Shown: one piece after another, positions 9,199-18,685 of the stretch
How positions within the stretch are numbered: the first letter of the stretch is position 1
How the letters are laid out: every line of letters begins with the position of its first letter
DNA from: Thermoplasmata archaeon
GTDB taxonomy: Archaea > Thermoplasmatota > Thermoplasmata > Thermoplasmatales > ARK-15
Length of the DNA: 64,000 bases
Assembly (NCBI GenBank): GCA_039794005.1
Contig: JBAMMA010000006.1
Location: 27,679-91,678 of the forward strand
Reading direction: 5' to 3'
Position numbers and translations under genes: made by a program
The notes under the pieces: generated by a model
The model's input: only the letters and a program-made list of their open reading frames with translations
Told to the model about the DNA's origin: nothing
Databases searched by the model: none

Positions 9199-10047
9199 TT
9201 AACACATAGGTAATAATAACGAAAAAATTTGATTTTTAAAAAATAAATATGAAAATTAACACTTTTTAATTAGTCAAAGATTCATTATAACCTTTATTAT
9301 AATTTCAATATAATTTTAACAATCTTGATATAGAAATTAAATGTTTAAACATTCTTTACATCTTTTTTAACCCGATACAGAGAATCTTGTGATATAAACT
9401 TATACCTGAAACATTCTTAAGTCTAAATGAAAAAATCAATGAATTCCTTACTCTTAAATATTTCATGATCCTTTATATATTTTAAATAATCCTCCTCATT
9501 TATATTGATTCTCATACTTATATCAAGGTTCTTGGATTACTGCCGATGTATCTGATTCGCTCAAATATTACATGTTTCCTAGCATATATATTGATGTAAT
9601 CGATCTAGTTATCCTTATTCCTAAATTGTTAAGATATCGTAAAATATATTATTTTGTGAATTTTTGAATCCAAAAGAAATGCGTGAAATTTGATTTAGAT
9701 ATTTTCAACCATAAAAGAGAATATTTTAGGAAAATAATTGTTTAAAAAGAAGGTACGAAAAATTGGAGGAGGTTAAAAAACTATATTTAATGTTTATTTG
9801 AGAATTTTAGGATTTTTTCGAATTGAAAAATATGTATCCATAAAAATTAATTTCCACGCTTAAAGGGGATTATTAATATGAAGGGATATATATACTTGCC
9901 TGGTAAGGAATAGATAATATTTGATATTAAAAAGGGCAAATGTGAAAAAATTCTAACAAAATTTTAAATAATGGAATATCATAAATTTTCATTGAAAAAA
10001 TTGATAAATATATTTTAATTTAAAAAAGCATATGAGGTGTATTTAAG

Positions 10048-10251
10048 ATGAATCTATATGAATATATTAATAACTTATTTTCCTTGTTATACCTGCAGAA
10101 TTTAATAAATAAAAATGGGAACATTAAAATAGTAAAGATAAATGCTATTTTAAACGAAAAATCAATTCTTACTTTTCAACCAAATGATGATATAAAGTAT
10201 CCTTTAACAGCCTCTTTTAAAGTTGGTGATTCTTTGATAAAAGAGAAATAA
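10048..10251 (+). CDS. hypothetical small protein (67 aa), first gene of a micro-ORF operon
   Basis: ATG preceded by GAGGTG 8 nt upstream (SD-like). Stop overlaps the next start (TAATG). No recognisable motif. Confidence 0.4.
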   Translation: MNLYEYINNLFSLLYLQNLINKNGNIKIVKINAILNEKSILTFQPNDDIKYPLTASFKVGDSLIKEK

Positions 10252-10445
10252 TGAATATAAAAAAAGAAATAGAAAAGCATGTTAAAGGGGATTTTTATAA
10301 TTTGTATAAAAGATATCCTACTGAAAATGAACTTGAAACATTCATATCTGAAAATATAACATTCGTTATAAAATTTTATCCGGATGAAATTTATCTAATT
10401 CCAATTTATAAAAATATTAATAGAGTGAAAATAAATTTTGGTTAA
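10251..10445 (+). CDS. hypothetical small protein (64 aa)
   Basis: Start overlaps the stop of the preceding ORF. Composition is protein-like (KEIEKHVKGDFYNLYKRYPTENELETFISE). No recognisable motif. Confidence 0.4.
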   Translation: MNIKKEIEKHVKGDFYNLYKRYPTENELETFISENITFVIKFYPDEIYLIPIYKNINRVKINFG

Positions 10446-10456
10446 AGGTGTTGAAC

Positions 10457-10555
10457 ATGATAGATAGCAACTTTGATAGAGAGATCCTTCCAGAAAAGAT
10501 AAATGACCTTTTTGATACATTAAAAGATTTAAAAAATTTATTTGTATTATTATAA
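10457..10555 (+). CDS. hypothetical micro-protein (32 aa)
   Basis: Not in the track because it is shorter than 60 aa. Read by eye: AAAGGTG then 7 nt then ATG; MIDSNFDREILPEKINDLFDTLKDLKNLFVLL, stop TAA at 10553-10555. Confidence 0.25.
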   Translation: MIDSNFDREILPEKINDLFDTLKDLKNLFVLL

Positions 10556-11071
10556 ATATTTTCTTTAATATATCATCTTAAATTAACTGAACTTTCGTAT
10601 ATTCACCATTTATTTCATAATGAAACTGAATAAGCAACTGGATAAAACAATCTGTAATGCGATGAGAGATATGATATGTGAAATTCAGATAGAATTTGAA
10701 CTTCCTTTTATCATATTTTATTTGAAGCTATCTTCCATTTATTTTCCTTTTAAGCTTATATGTTTTCAATGCTTATGATTCCTGATATTTTTCTGTCTTA
10801 AAAAACGATGATGGAATTGCAAATATTCTTTCATTTAACTATTTACATTTCTCTTATTGAGATTATTTTTGTTGAATATTTTTTAAAATTATAGTAAAGA
10901 TAATCCATATTGGTTATTTAAACTGCTTTATCTTTTCAATGAGCGTTATTTATTACTCTCAAGAATTTATTTATATATTTACATTGAAAAATGTTCATGT
11001 ATCTATTCCCCGAAGGTTGCAGTATAAAGATTTTCATAAATCGTTAACATTGCCATAGAAATGTATATTAT

Positions 11072-11095
11072 TATTATGCTCATTTAAGCATAATA
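11072..11095 (+). promoter_or_regulatory. 9-bp inverted repeat (TATTATGCT-N6-AGCATAATA) ending on the A of the wtpA start codon
   Basis: Read directly: tattatgct cattta agcataata, positions 11072-11080 and 11087-11095. Could be an operator or an mRNA hairpin occluding the start codon. Confidence 0.35.
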
Positions 11096-12270
11096 TGAAT
11101 CTGAAAATTTTATCTGTGGTAATGTTTGTTGTGGGAATATTATTGGGCTTAGGGATAGGCTATTCAATCATGAATTTACAAAATACAACAGTTACTAAAA
11201 ATCAGGGTATTTCAGTTATAGCGGCAGGATCTCTGGGTTATGCCTTCAACGAAATTGCACAAAACTGGTCTTCCCTTTATCCTGGCATACCGATTACACC
11301 TGGAGGCGGCATATTCATGGGAAGTGTAAAAGCTGCTTACGAAATAGCAGTTTTACACGAACATTACGACATTTTTGCATCTGCTGCTTCTGATGTAATT
11401 CCTATGGTCTTATATCCAAAATATGCACAATGGATGGTCCTCTTTGCAACAAATGAAATTTCAATATTATATGCACCAAATTCGAATGCAACTGTTGATT
11501 TAAATGGTACCATAATGAAGGTTGACCAAATAAACGAAACGAACTGGTTTATGTTCATAACGGCACCTGGAGTTACAGTTGGAGTGAGCAATGGATCAAC
11601 AGACCCCGCTGGATTTCAGGCCATACAGGCAATGAAGCTAGCCGGAATATATTTGGTTGAAAATGATAACAAAGCTTATAATGAATGGTTCCATGGCGTT
11701 TTGGGATATCCATTAAATGACACAAACGCGATTTTTGAAGCCATATGGTGGCATAAGTACAAAACAGGACATCTTATGCCAGTGGGTATTGAAGCAAGTA
11801 TGGATGCAATGATTAAGACTGGAAAACCATACTTTGGAATATCTTATAGAAGTCTTGCAAAATCTTACGGCCTAGGATATGTGGAATTACCATGGCAGAT
11901 TAATTTAGGTTCAACAAATATAACGGCAATTAATTATTATGCACAGGTTAATAGCAGCGGTGCCCCGATAGGTCTATCAGGAACACCATCTGAAGCATCT
12001 GCCCCTGCTGGACCAATATTTTATGCTGTCACAATACCATCTACAGCAACCAACGTTATGCTTGCAATAGATTATTTGACGATATTATTAGGACCCATTG
12101 GCCATCAAGTTTTGATAAACACATATTTCGATCCATTACCTTCCCCCTACCTGGTATTATTGGGAAACAATGCCACATTCCCATCTGTTTTGTTGCCTTA
12201 TGTACAACCGCTTCCAGAATACCTCCAATCCGGTCCCGGGTACATTGCCGTTATGGGTACTCAATCGTGA
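11095..12270 (+). CDS. wtpA: tungstate/molybdate ABC transporter substrate-binding protein (WtpA/ModA-like), membrane-anchored
   Basis: N-terminal TM anchor. VIAAGSLGYAFNEIAQ, DIFASAASDVIPMVLYPKYAQWMVLFATNEISILYAP and GVSNGSTDPAGFQAIQAMKLA parallel the remembered Pyrococcus WtpA blocks ([55 protein letters not shown]). Confidence 0.7.
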   Translation: MNLKILSVVMFVVGILLGLGIGYSIMNLQNTTVTKNQGISVIAAGSLGYAFNEIAQNWSSLYPGIPITPGGGIFMGSVKAAYEIAVLHEHYDIFASAASDVIPMVLYPKYAQWMVLFATNEISILYAPNSNATVDLNGTIMKVDQINETNWFMFITAPGVTVGVSNGSTDPAGFQAIQAMKLAGIYLVENDNKAYNEWFHGVLGYPLNDTNAIFEAIWWHKYKTGHLMPVGIEASMDAMIKTGKPYFGISYRSLAKSYGLGYVELPWQINLGSTNITAINYYAQVNSSGAPIGLSGTPSEASAPAGPIFYAVTIPSTATNVMLAIDYLTILLGPIGHQVLINTYFDPLPSPYLVLLGNNATFPSVLLPYVQPLPEYLQSGPGYIAVMGTQS

Positions 12271-13223
12271 ATAATTACAAATCTTTTAATTTTTATTTTT
12301 AATTTATTTTTATTTATTTCTGGGAAATTATTTGTTTTTATTATCAGATCACTATTACCCAATCTAGCATTTATTTTATAAAGATTGTATTCGTTTATTA
12401 TACTTTTTATCTCTATTTCAATTCCATCTTCGGATATTTCTATCTCATCAGATTTAAAGGCAACCTTTTTATCTCTTTCGATTCCTAGATATTCATTTAA
12501 GGCATTTTCTAAAATTATGTTATCAAATCCCAGAAATGATGCCACAAATTCAGAGCCAGGATTATTTTCAATATCTTTAAATTTACCTACCTGAATCAAT
12601 TTTCCGGAATTTATTATTCCTATTCTATCCGACAATAACCTTGCCTCCTCCAATGAATGGGTAACATGAAGCGCTGTAAATTTCATATCTTCATGCAGTT
12701 TCTTTAATTCCTCTAGAAACATTTCCCTTGTTTTTGGATCGAGACTTACCAATGGTTCATCTAACAAAAGAATGGAAGGATTAATGGCCAATGCCCTTGC
12801 CAATGATACCTTTTGCTTTTCACCACCGCTCAACTGATATGGATATTTATCAAGAATATTTTCAATTTTTAATTTCTCGATTATATGTTCCACATTTTTA
12901 TATGCATCATTTTTTGGAACCTTTCTTATTCTTAGTCCAAATGTTATGTTATCAATCACTTTCATATGATCAAAGAGGGAATAATCCTGGGTTACATAAC
13001 CGATATTTCTTTTTTCGGGGGGCAATCTTGTTACATCCCTGTTGTTAATTATTATTCTGCCTGAATCTGGTACGACTATGCCTGTGATTATTTCCAATAA
13101 CAATGTCTTTCCACTACCTATTGGACCTAATAGCACGAAATATTCAGATTTATTAATTTTTATATTTATATTTTCAAGATGAAATGATTTTAAATTCAAT
13201 GATACATTTTCAATTTCTATCAT
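12261..13223 (-). CDS. wtpC: ABC transporter ATP-binding protein (WtpC/ModC-like) with C-terminal TOBE-like domain
   Basis: Walker A GPIGSGKT, signature LSGGEKQKVSLARAL, Walker B LLLDEP. Overlaps the permease gene by 4 nt. Confidence 0.8.
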   Translation of the reverse strand: MIEIENVSLNLKSFHLENINIKINKSEYFVLLGPIGSGKTLLLEIITGIVVPDSGRIIINNRDVTRLPPEKRNIGYVTQDYSLFDHMKVIDNITFGLRIRKVPKNDAYKNVEHIIEKLKIENILDKYPYQLSGGEKQKVSLARALAINPSILLLDEPLVSLDPKTREMFLEELKKLHEDMKFTALHVTHSLEEARLLSDRIGIINSGKLIQVGKFKDIENNPGSEFVASFLGFDNIILENALNEYLGIERDKKVAFKSDEIEISEDGIEIEIKSIINEYNLYKINARLGNSDLIIKTNNFPEINKNKLKIKIKRFVIIHD

Positions 13224-14059
13224 GTTCTAAGCCTCGGAACATAAAACAGTCTTTCCTGTCCCTGTATTATCTTTAAAATTATAAATATTGTAAGAGATAT
13301 AATTATCAATAGAGATGATATACCTACTGCACCCTCGAGTCCTGTAACTTCAAATTGGTTGTATACTTCAACTCCCGCAATGCTCTCATATCCGGGAATT
13401 ATATATGGTGCAACTATCAATATCGCACCTACTTCGCTAACTGCCCTTGACCAGCTCAATATTGCACCTGTTAAAATGCTCCTTGCCGTTTGAGGTAAAA
13501 CAATTCTAAATATTACTTGTAACTGCGAGGCCCCAAGGGTTCTTGCAACTATTTCCATCCTTGGTGGCAGAGATTTTATTGCCTCTTCCATGGTTTTTAT
13601 GGCATATGTTCCGCTGACAAAAATGTATGCCATAACAACTGCGAGAATATTATAACCAAAGGATATACCAAAATAATTAAACAGAATCCCTCCCGGTTCT
13701 GATGCAGCAAATACGAAGAGCAATCCTATACCGACTACACTGTGTGGTATCATTATCGGTATTTCAACTATTGCATCTAATATCTTTTTCCCCGGAAAAC
13801 TGAACCTTGATAGAAGGTATGCAAGAGGAAATCCGAAGAATATTATTATTATTGTTGATATTGTGGCGGCGTAAAGTGTAATTTCAACTGAGTTAATATT
13901 CTGTGGTGTTAATAATTGAGTAAATATTGATGATGGTGAAATTAGGGATAGAATCCTTATTATTGGTAGCAAAATGAATAAAATGAAAATGATTGAAATG
14001 ATCCAGATTGTTAACCTAAATGATTTACTGTAACGCATATCCCCTTTTTTAATATGCAT
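13220..14059 (-). CDS. wtpB: ABC transporter permease (WtpB/ModB-like, CysTW family)
   Basis: Six predicted TM segments. EAA-like loop EEAIKSLPPRMEIVARTLGASQLQVIFRIVLP. Operonic with the ATPase. Confidence 0.75.
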   Translation of the reverse strand: MHIKKGDMRYSKSFRLTIWIISIIFILFILLPIIRILSLISPSSIFTQLLTPQNINSVEITLYAATISTIIIIFFGFPLAYLLSRFSFPGKKILDAIVEIPIMIPHSVVGIGLLFVFAASEPGGILFNYFGISFGYNILAVVMAYIFVSGTYAIKTMEEAIKSLPPRMEIVARTLGASQLQVIFRIVLPQTARSILTGAILSWSRAVSEVGAILIVAPYIIPGYESIAGVEVYNQFEVTGLEGAVGISSLLIIISLTIFIILKIIQGQERLFYVPRLRT

Positions 14060-15186
14060 AAAAAAGCATAATAAAATAACAATCTTAATTTTTATCCCTT
14101 ATAATTCGGATTTAGATGATAATTTATATGATTATTCAAATATTTATTTTCTAATCTTGAAAAAATTGTACATTGGCCTGGCATTACAAGATTTATATTG
14201 TTAATTAAAAGAGTATTTTTTCTTTCATTGATTTTATTTAATATCTATGACCTATACGTTCTGACAGGTATCATGATTAAATTTAATACAAAATATTATT
14301 CATGAAAATGGAAAGATAAAATTGGCAGGAGTTTTTTACAATAATGCCTTTTCCCATCATCTATTTTCTTCCTTTCAATTTTATTATTTTTAAAATTAAA
14401 TTTTCTAATTGTATTTTTTTGTACCTGGGCATCGTTTTAAGCACAATTCATTTTCATGCAATAAAGACATGTATAGTGAATATAAAAACAAAATTCAAAA
14501 AATTTTAATCAAATAATATAAATGACGAATTTTGGGGAAGCATAAAATCTCTTATATTTTCAATATCATAAGAAATCAATTTTTTATTATATTTTTTGCA
14601 TAAATAGCATCTTTAAATGAAACGTATTTTCCAAAGATTGAAGAAATCGTTTAATTCTCATTGAAAATATTAAAATAAGACAGATTTTATGATTTTATTC
14701 CGGTCAGCGTAATTCAGATCTTTGATCTGGGATAGAACAAAGTGATTAAAAACTATACTTTCTACTTTAAAAATCTCGTGTCATGGATATAAGTTATAAA
14801 TATTAATTTAAAGGAATACTCGTTAAAGTTTTCCAATCCAATATCCAGACCTATGTCAGAGTCTAAAAAGATATATCATCCTTGATGTACTTTTCCGTAT
14901 TCTTAATTCTTTTTTGTTTTTTTATTTTTATGTCTATTTTTGCTTCTTGTTAAAAAATGGCCAAAAAACACAGAAAATAATAATAGAATCTAACATAAAT
15001 GGAATGCATAGAGGCATATAAAATTTAATTACAGGCTTCGATATTTTTTTAAATATATATTAGCAAATATTATCTTTATGTATTGAAATCCACACCATAC
15101 ATATTCTGAATTTATATAACATTTATAAAAGATTATCAATATATTTTTACATTTTGTCTCCTTATTGAATATTGCCAATTAAAAAA

Positions 15187-16416
15187 TTAATTTCTGGAAT
15201 ATATCCATGAAAGAAGAATAGGTGAAAGAAAAGTTGTACCAATTGTAACAAAAATTGCAGAAGAATAAAGTTCATTGTTTATTATACCGTATAAAAAGGC
15301 GTCGTTTGAAAGTATGAGGCCTATTTCACCCATAGAAAGGAGACCTGCCCCTATAATTATCGATTCCTTTTTTTTATAATTCAACAACCAAGCAGGAATT
15401 GCTGCACCGGATAGTTTTGATATGACCGCAATAGCAAAAATTATTAGGGATATTATTAAAACATTGTATATTATATGTATATTTACTAGCATTCCAACAA
15501 AGACAAAAAATATTGGTGTAAAGAAATCCCGGAGACTTTGAGAATATGTCATTAGATTCTCTTTCCCCTCTATACCAGATAGGATTAGACCAAATGCATA
15601 TGCACCAACTATTATTGTGAGATTCAATGAAAGGGATATCAATACGAAAATGAAAAGCAAAAGCATTATGAATGAAAATCTTGTTATCTCATTTTTGAAT
15701 GTAAAAATCATTTTATTTACATATCTTTTTAATTTAAGACCTATAAACAATGATATGGACCAGAATATGATAACATCGATTATCAAAAAAATTATAGATG
15801 TATAACTGAAAATTGTGTTAATACCGGTTATGATTGCAATTAATGTTATGCTTATCACATCCACAATAACTGTGGAGCTCATTATTGCTATACCTTCCCT
15901 TGAATTTATTTTTCCCATGTCGTACAATAGCTTTGCTGTTATTCCGGTGGAACTTGATGTTAGAACGGCACCTATGAACAGGGCCATCGAGACATTATAT
16001 GTATAAAAATAAATGAATAAAAAACCAAGAAAGAATGGTAACATAGTTTCTCCAATTGAAATTATTAATGATTTTTCCATTGCCCTTACAAACTTTTCGA
16101 TATCTGTATTTAAACCTACATGGAAAAGAAGTAATATAATGCCGATTTCGGCAAATATATAGAACGCCTGTGGTACAGGTATTGTTCCAGACACAGGAGC
16201 AAGAAAACCAGAATCTGTTTCTGGTATCAGGGTAAATCCGATTATTGAAATCGAACCCAGGGCATATGGGCCTATGACTATTCCGGTTATTATTTCACTT
16301 ACTACCTCTGGAAGATTAAAATATCTTTTCCCTATGGATGAAAAAATCCTGGCAACAAGGAGGCTTACGCTGACCAATATGAGAAAATGGATAATTTCAA
16401 AGATAATGTTCATCAT
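15187..16416 (-). CDS. cation:proton antiporter (CPA2, Kef/NapA-type Na+/H+ or K+/H+ exchanger)
   Basis: 409-aa protein with about 11-12 TM segments. N-terminus LPEVVSEIITGIVIGPYALG is typical of the Na_H_exchanger family. Confidence 0.7.
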   Translation of the reverse strand: MMNIIFEIIHFLILVSVSLLVARIFSSIGKRYFNLPEVVSEIITGIVIGPYALGSISIIGFTLIPETDSGFLAPVSGTIPVPQAFYIFAEIGIILLLFHVGLNTDIEKFVRAMEKSLIISIGETMLPFFLGFLFIYFYTYNVSMALFIGAVLTSSSTGITAKLLYDMGKINSREGIAIMSSTVIVDVISITLIAIITGINTIFSYTSIIFLIIDVIIFWSISLFIGLKLKRYVNKMIFTFKNEITRFSFIMLLLFIFVLISLSLNLTIIVGAYAFGLILSGIEGKENLMTYSQSLRDFFTPIFFVFVGMLVNIHIIYNVLIISLIIFAIAVISKLSGAAIPAWLLNYKKKESIIIGAGLLSMGEIGLILSNDAFLYGIINNELYSSAIFVTIGTTFLSPILLSWIYSRN

Positions 16417-16537
16417 AAATATAATGAAAAATAAATAGAAGAATATTTTTTTATAATTAATTTATAAATTAAAATCATTAATATTTATTTATGAATAAGG
16501 AAAGTTTATAATTAAAGATTAAAATGATAAAACATAG

Positions 16538-17086
16538 GTGGAATGTATGGGGAAGATCCTGGTAGGAGAAGTTATGTCAAGCAATCCTCTTATGATGGAA
16601 AAGGATGTTATTTTATTTGACGCAATAAAAATTTCAGTGAATAAAGGTGCAAGCGCTATAATAGTAACAGACAAAGACATTCCTGTAGGTATCGTTACTG
16701 ACAGGGATATCATAACAAAGGTTTTTTACAGGGCTTTGAACCCCTTTGAGATAAAGCTTGAAGATATAATGACAAAACCCATAATAACGATAAGAAAGGA
16801 TGATCCACTAGAAAAGGCTGCAATGATTATAAACAAAAAAAAGATAAGGAAACTTCCAGTGATAGATGATGGAAAGATAGTTGGCCTCCTTTCGGAGAAC
16901 AACATAGTGAAAATCTCACCCTACCTCCTTGTGATTGCTGAAAAAGAGGAGAGCAATGAAAATGAAAAAGAGATTGATGAGGATATATATTATACCGGCA
17001 TATGCGAGGGGTGTGGGAAGTTCAGTCATGAACTTAAATACAAAAACGGGATGTTTTTGTGCCCGGATTGCATTAAGGATTATTGA
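16538..17086 (+). CDS. CBS-pair protein fused to a C-terminal Zn-ribbon (TA0289-like family)
   Basis: Two CBS repeats (VGEVMSSNPLMM...GIVTDRDI; LEDIMTKPIITI...GLLSENNI), an acidic linker, then CEGCGKFSHELKYKNGMFLCPDC. Confidence 0.8.
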   Translation: MECMGKILVGEVMSSNPLMMEKDVILFDAIKISVNKGASAIIVTDKDIPVGIVTDRDIITKVFYRALNPFEIKLEDIMTKPIITIRKDDPLEKAAMIINKKKIRKLPVIDDGKIVGLLSENNIVKISPYLLVIAEKEESNENEKEIDEDIYYTGICEGCGKFSHELKYKNGMFLCPDCIKDY

Positions 17087-17095
17087 GGTGGTAAG

Positions 17096-17770
17096 ATGAA
17101 AATTACATGGTTGGGACATGCGGCTGCGATAATTGAAGGAAAAAAGAGGATACTGGTAGATCCATTCCTAGATGACAATCCATCGTCAAAATTGAAAAAG
17201 GATGATGTTAAGGCCGATCTTATTTTAGTAACACATGGCCATGGAGATCATCTCGGAGATTCAATATACATATCCAAAAAGTTGAACATACCAATAGTGG
17301 CAATATACGAATTGGCGGAATATATCTCATCTAAAGGTGCAGAATCAATTGGAATGAACTTTTCTGGTACATTCGATTTTGATGGTGTGAAAATAACTAT
17401 GGTACCTGCATTGCATTCATCAGGTATAAGCGAGGACGGTTTTCAACACTCTGGTGGCCTTCCATGTGGATATATTATAAGGGACGAGAAGACAATATAC
17501 CATGCAGGGGATACTGGGATATTTGGGGATATGGAATTAATAGGCAAACTCTATTCACCAGACATATCGTTATTACCGATAGGTGGATTCTTCACCATGG
17601 GTGTTGATGAGGCTGTTCTTGCCGCTAAAATGCTTAGGACTAAATATGTAATCCCTATACACTATAATACCTGGGACCCAATTAGAGCAAATCCGGAAGA
17701 ATTAAAGAAGAAGTTGTCGGGGATTTCAGAAGTGATAATATTAAAACCTGGAGAGACAGCTTCATTTTAA
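17096..17770 (+). CDS. UPF0173-family metallo-beta-lactamase-fold hydrolase
   Basis: MKITWLGHAAAIIEGKKRILVDPFL...LILVTHGHGDHLGD. SD-like GAGGTGG 5 nt upstream. Confidence 0.8.
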   Translation: MKITWLGHAAAIIEGKKRILVDPFLDDNPSSKLKKDDVKADLILVTHGHGDHLGDSIYISKKLNIPIVAIYELAEYISSKGAESIGMNFSGTFDFDGVKITMVPALHSSGISEDGFQHSGGLPCGYIIRDEKTIYHAGDTGIFGDMELIGKLYSPDISLLPIGGFFTMGVDEAVLAAKMLRTKYVIPIHYNTWDPIRANPEELKKKLSGISEVIILKPGETASF

Positions 17771-17786
17771 AATTTTTTGATTTTTT

Positions 17787-18683
17787 ATGCTTGAAGTTAA
17801 AATATCATCGTTAAAATTGAGAAATCCCCTCATGTTGGCCAGTGGTATTCTTGATGAGCAAGCAGATTCAATGATCAAAGCCTATGAAATGGGAGCATCT
17901 GCTGTGGTGACAAAATCTATAGGTATTGATGAAAGAGATGGTTATGATAACCCTGTCATTTACGAAACCGATACTGGTCTAATAAATGCGATCGGTCTTG
18001 CAAACCCAGGCATTCATAATTTTAAAGATGAGGTATTAAAGCTAAAAAGTAAAAAAATTCCTGTCATAATGTCAATATTTGGGAAGCCGGATGAATTTAT
18101 AACACTGGCAAAAAAAGCAGAGGATTTTGGTGTGGATGCAATAGAATTAAATCTATCCTGCCCACATGTGAAGGGATATGGCTCTGAAATTGGTCAAGAC
18201 CCTGAAATGGTGGAATATATTGTTAAAGAAGTGAAGAAAAACGTGAAAATACCTGTTTTCACAAAATTGACCCCCAATGTTACAAATATAGTTGATATAG
18301 CAAAATCTGCGGAAAGATCCGATGCATTGGTGTTAATAAACACGGTTAAATCCATAGCCATAGATGTATGGTCTAAAAGACCTGTCCTTTCAAACAGATT
18401 TGGAGGTTATTCAGGGCCTGGAATTAAACCAATAGGTTTAAGGGCTGTTTACGATGTAAGAAAAGAAATGGATATTCCTATCATAGGTGTTGGTGGTATA
18501 TTAAACTGGAGAGATGCAGTTGAATACATACTTGCGGGGGCAAATGCGCTTCAGATAGGTACTGCAATATATTACTATGGATGGAATGTATTTAATGATA
18601 TAAATGAAGGTATTAAAAAATACATGGAAAGTGAAGGTTTTAAAAGCATAGATGAATTTTCAGGCTTGGCACAAAAGTGGTAA
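17787..18683 (+). CDS. pyrD: dihydroorotate dehydrogenase 1B, catalytic subunit
   Basis: LRNPLMLASG, AVVTKSIG, NAIGLANPG, ELNLSCPH, GGYSGPGIKPIGLR, IIGVGGI. Followed by pyrK. Confidence 0.9.
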   Translation: MLEVKISSLKLRNPLMLASGILDEQADSMIKAYEMGASAVVTKSIGIDERDGYDNPVIYETDTGLINAIGLANPGIHNFKDEVLKLKSKKIPVIMSIFGKPDEFITLAKKAEDFGVDAIELNLSCPHVKGYGSEIGQDPEMVEYIVKEVKKNVKIPVFTKLTPNVTNIVDIAKSAERSDALVLINTVKSIAIDVWSKRPVLSNRFGGYSGPGIKPIGLRAVYDVRKEMDIPIIGVGGILNWRDAVEYILAGANALQIGTAIYYYGWNVFNDINEGIKKYMESEGFKSIDEFSGLAQKW

Positions 18684-18685
18684 TA

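Noticed and set aside
14699-14705. TCCGGTC in the second desert matches the tRNA-Val 3' part (aaTCCGGTCggg). This could be an att-site direct repeat delimiting a 5.5-kb island (9199-14705).
   Set aside because: Only 7 nt match and the flanking bases diverge (about 5 of 13 identical). That is too short to call an attachment site without comparative data. It is kept only as a hint in support of the island hypothesis.
10600-14900. Box C/D sRNA candidates in the deserts (RUGAUGA...CUGA pairs).
   Set aside because: Only imperfect C-box-like strings were seen (for example CGATGATGG at about 10806), without a correctly spaced D box or terminal stem. There is nothing convincing by eye.
9199-15186. 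CRISPR array or replication origin in the two AT-rich deserts.
   Set aside because: Reading both spacers I found no regularly spaced direct repeats of 24-40 nt. There are no ORB-like repeats and no cdc6/orc1 or cas genes nearby.
16465-16482. A/T-only palindromes such as TAATTTATAAATTA upstream of the CBS gene, and TTAATTAA-type sites elsewhere.
   Set aside because: These are expected by chance in DNA that is almost pure A/T in intergenic regions. They more likely represent TATA-like promoter sequence than specific operators.
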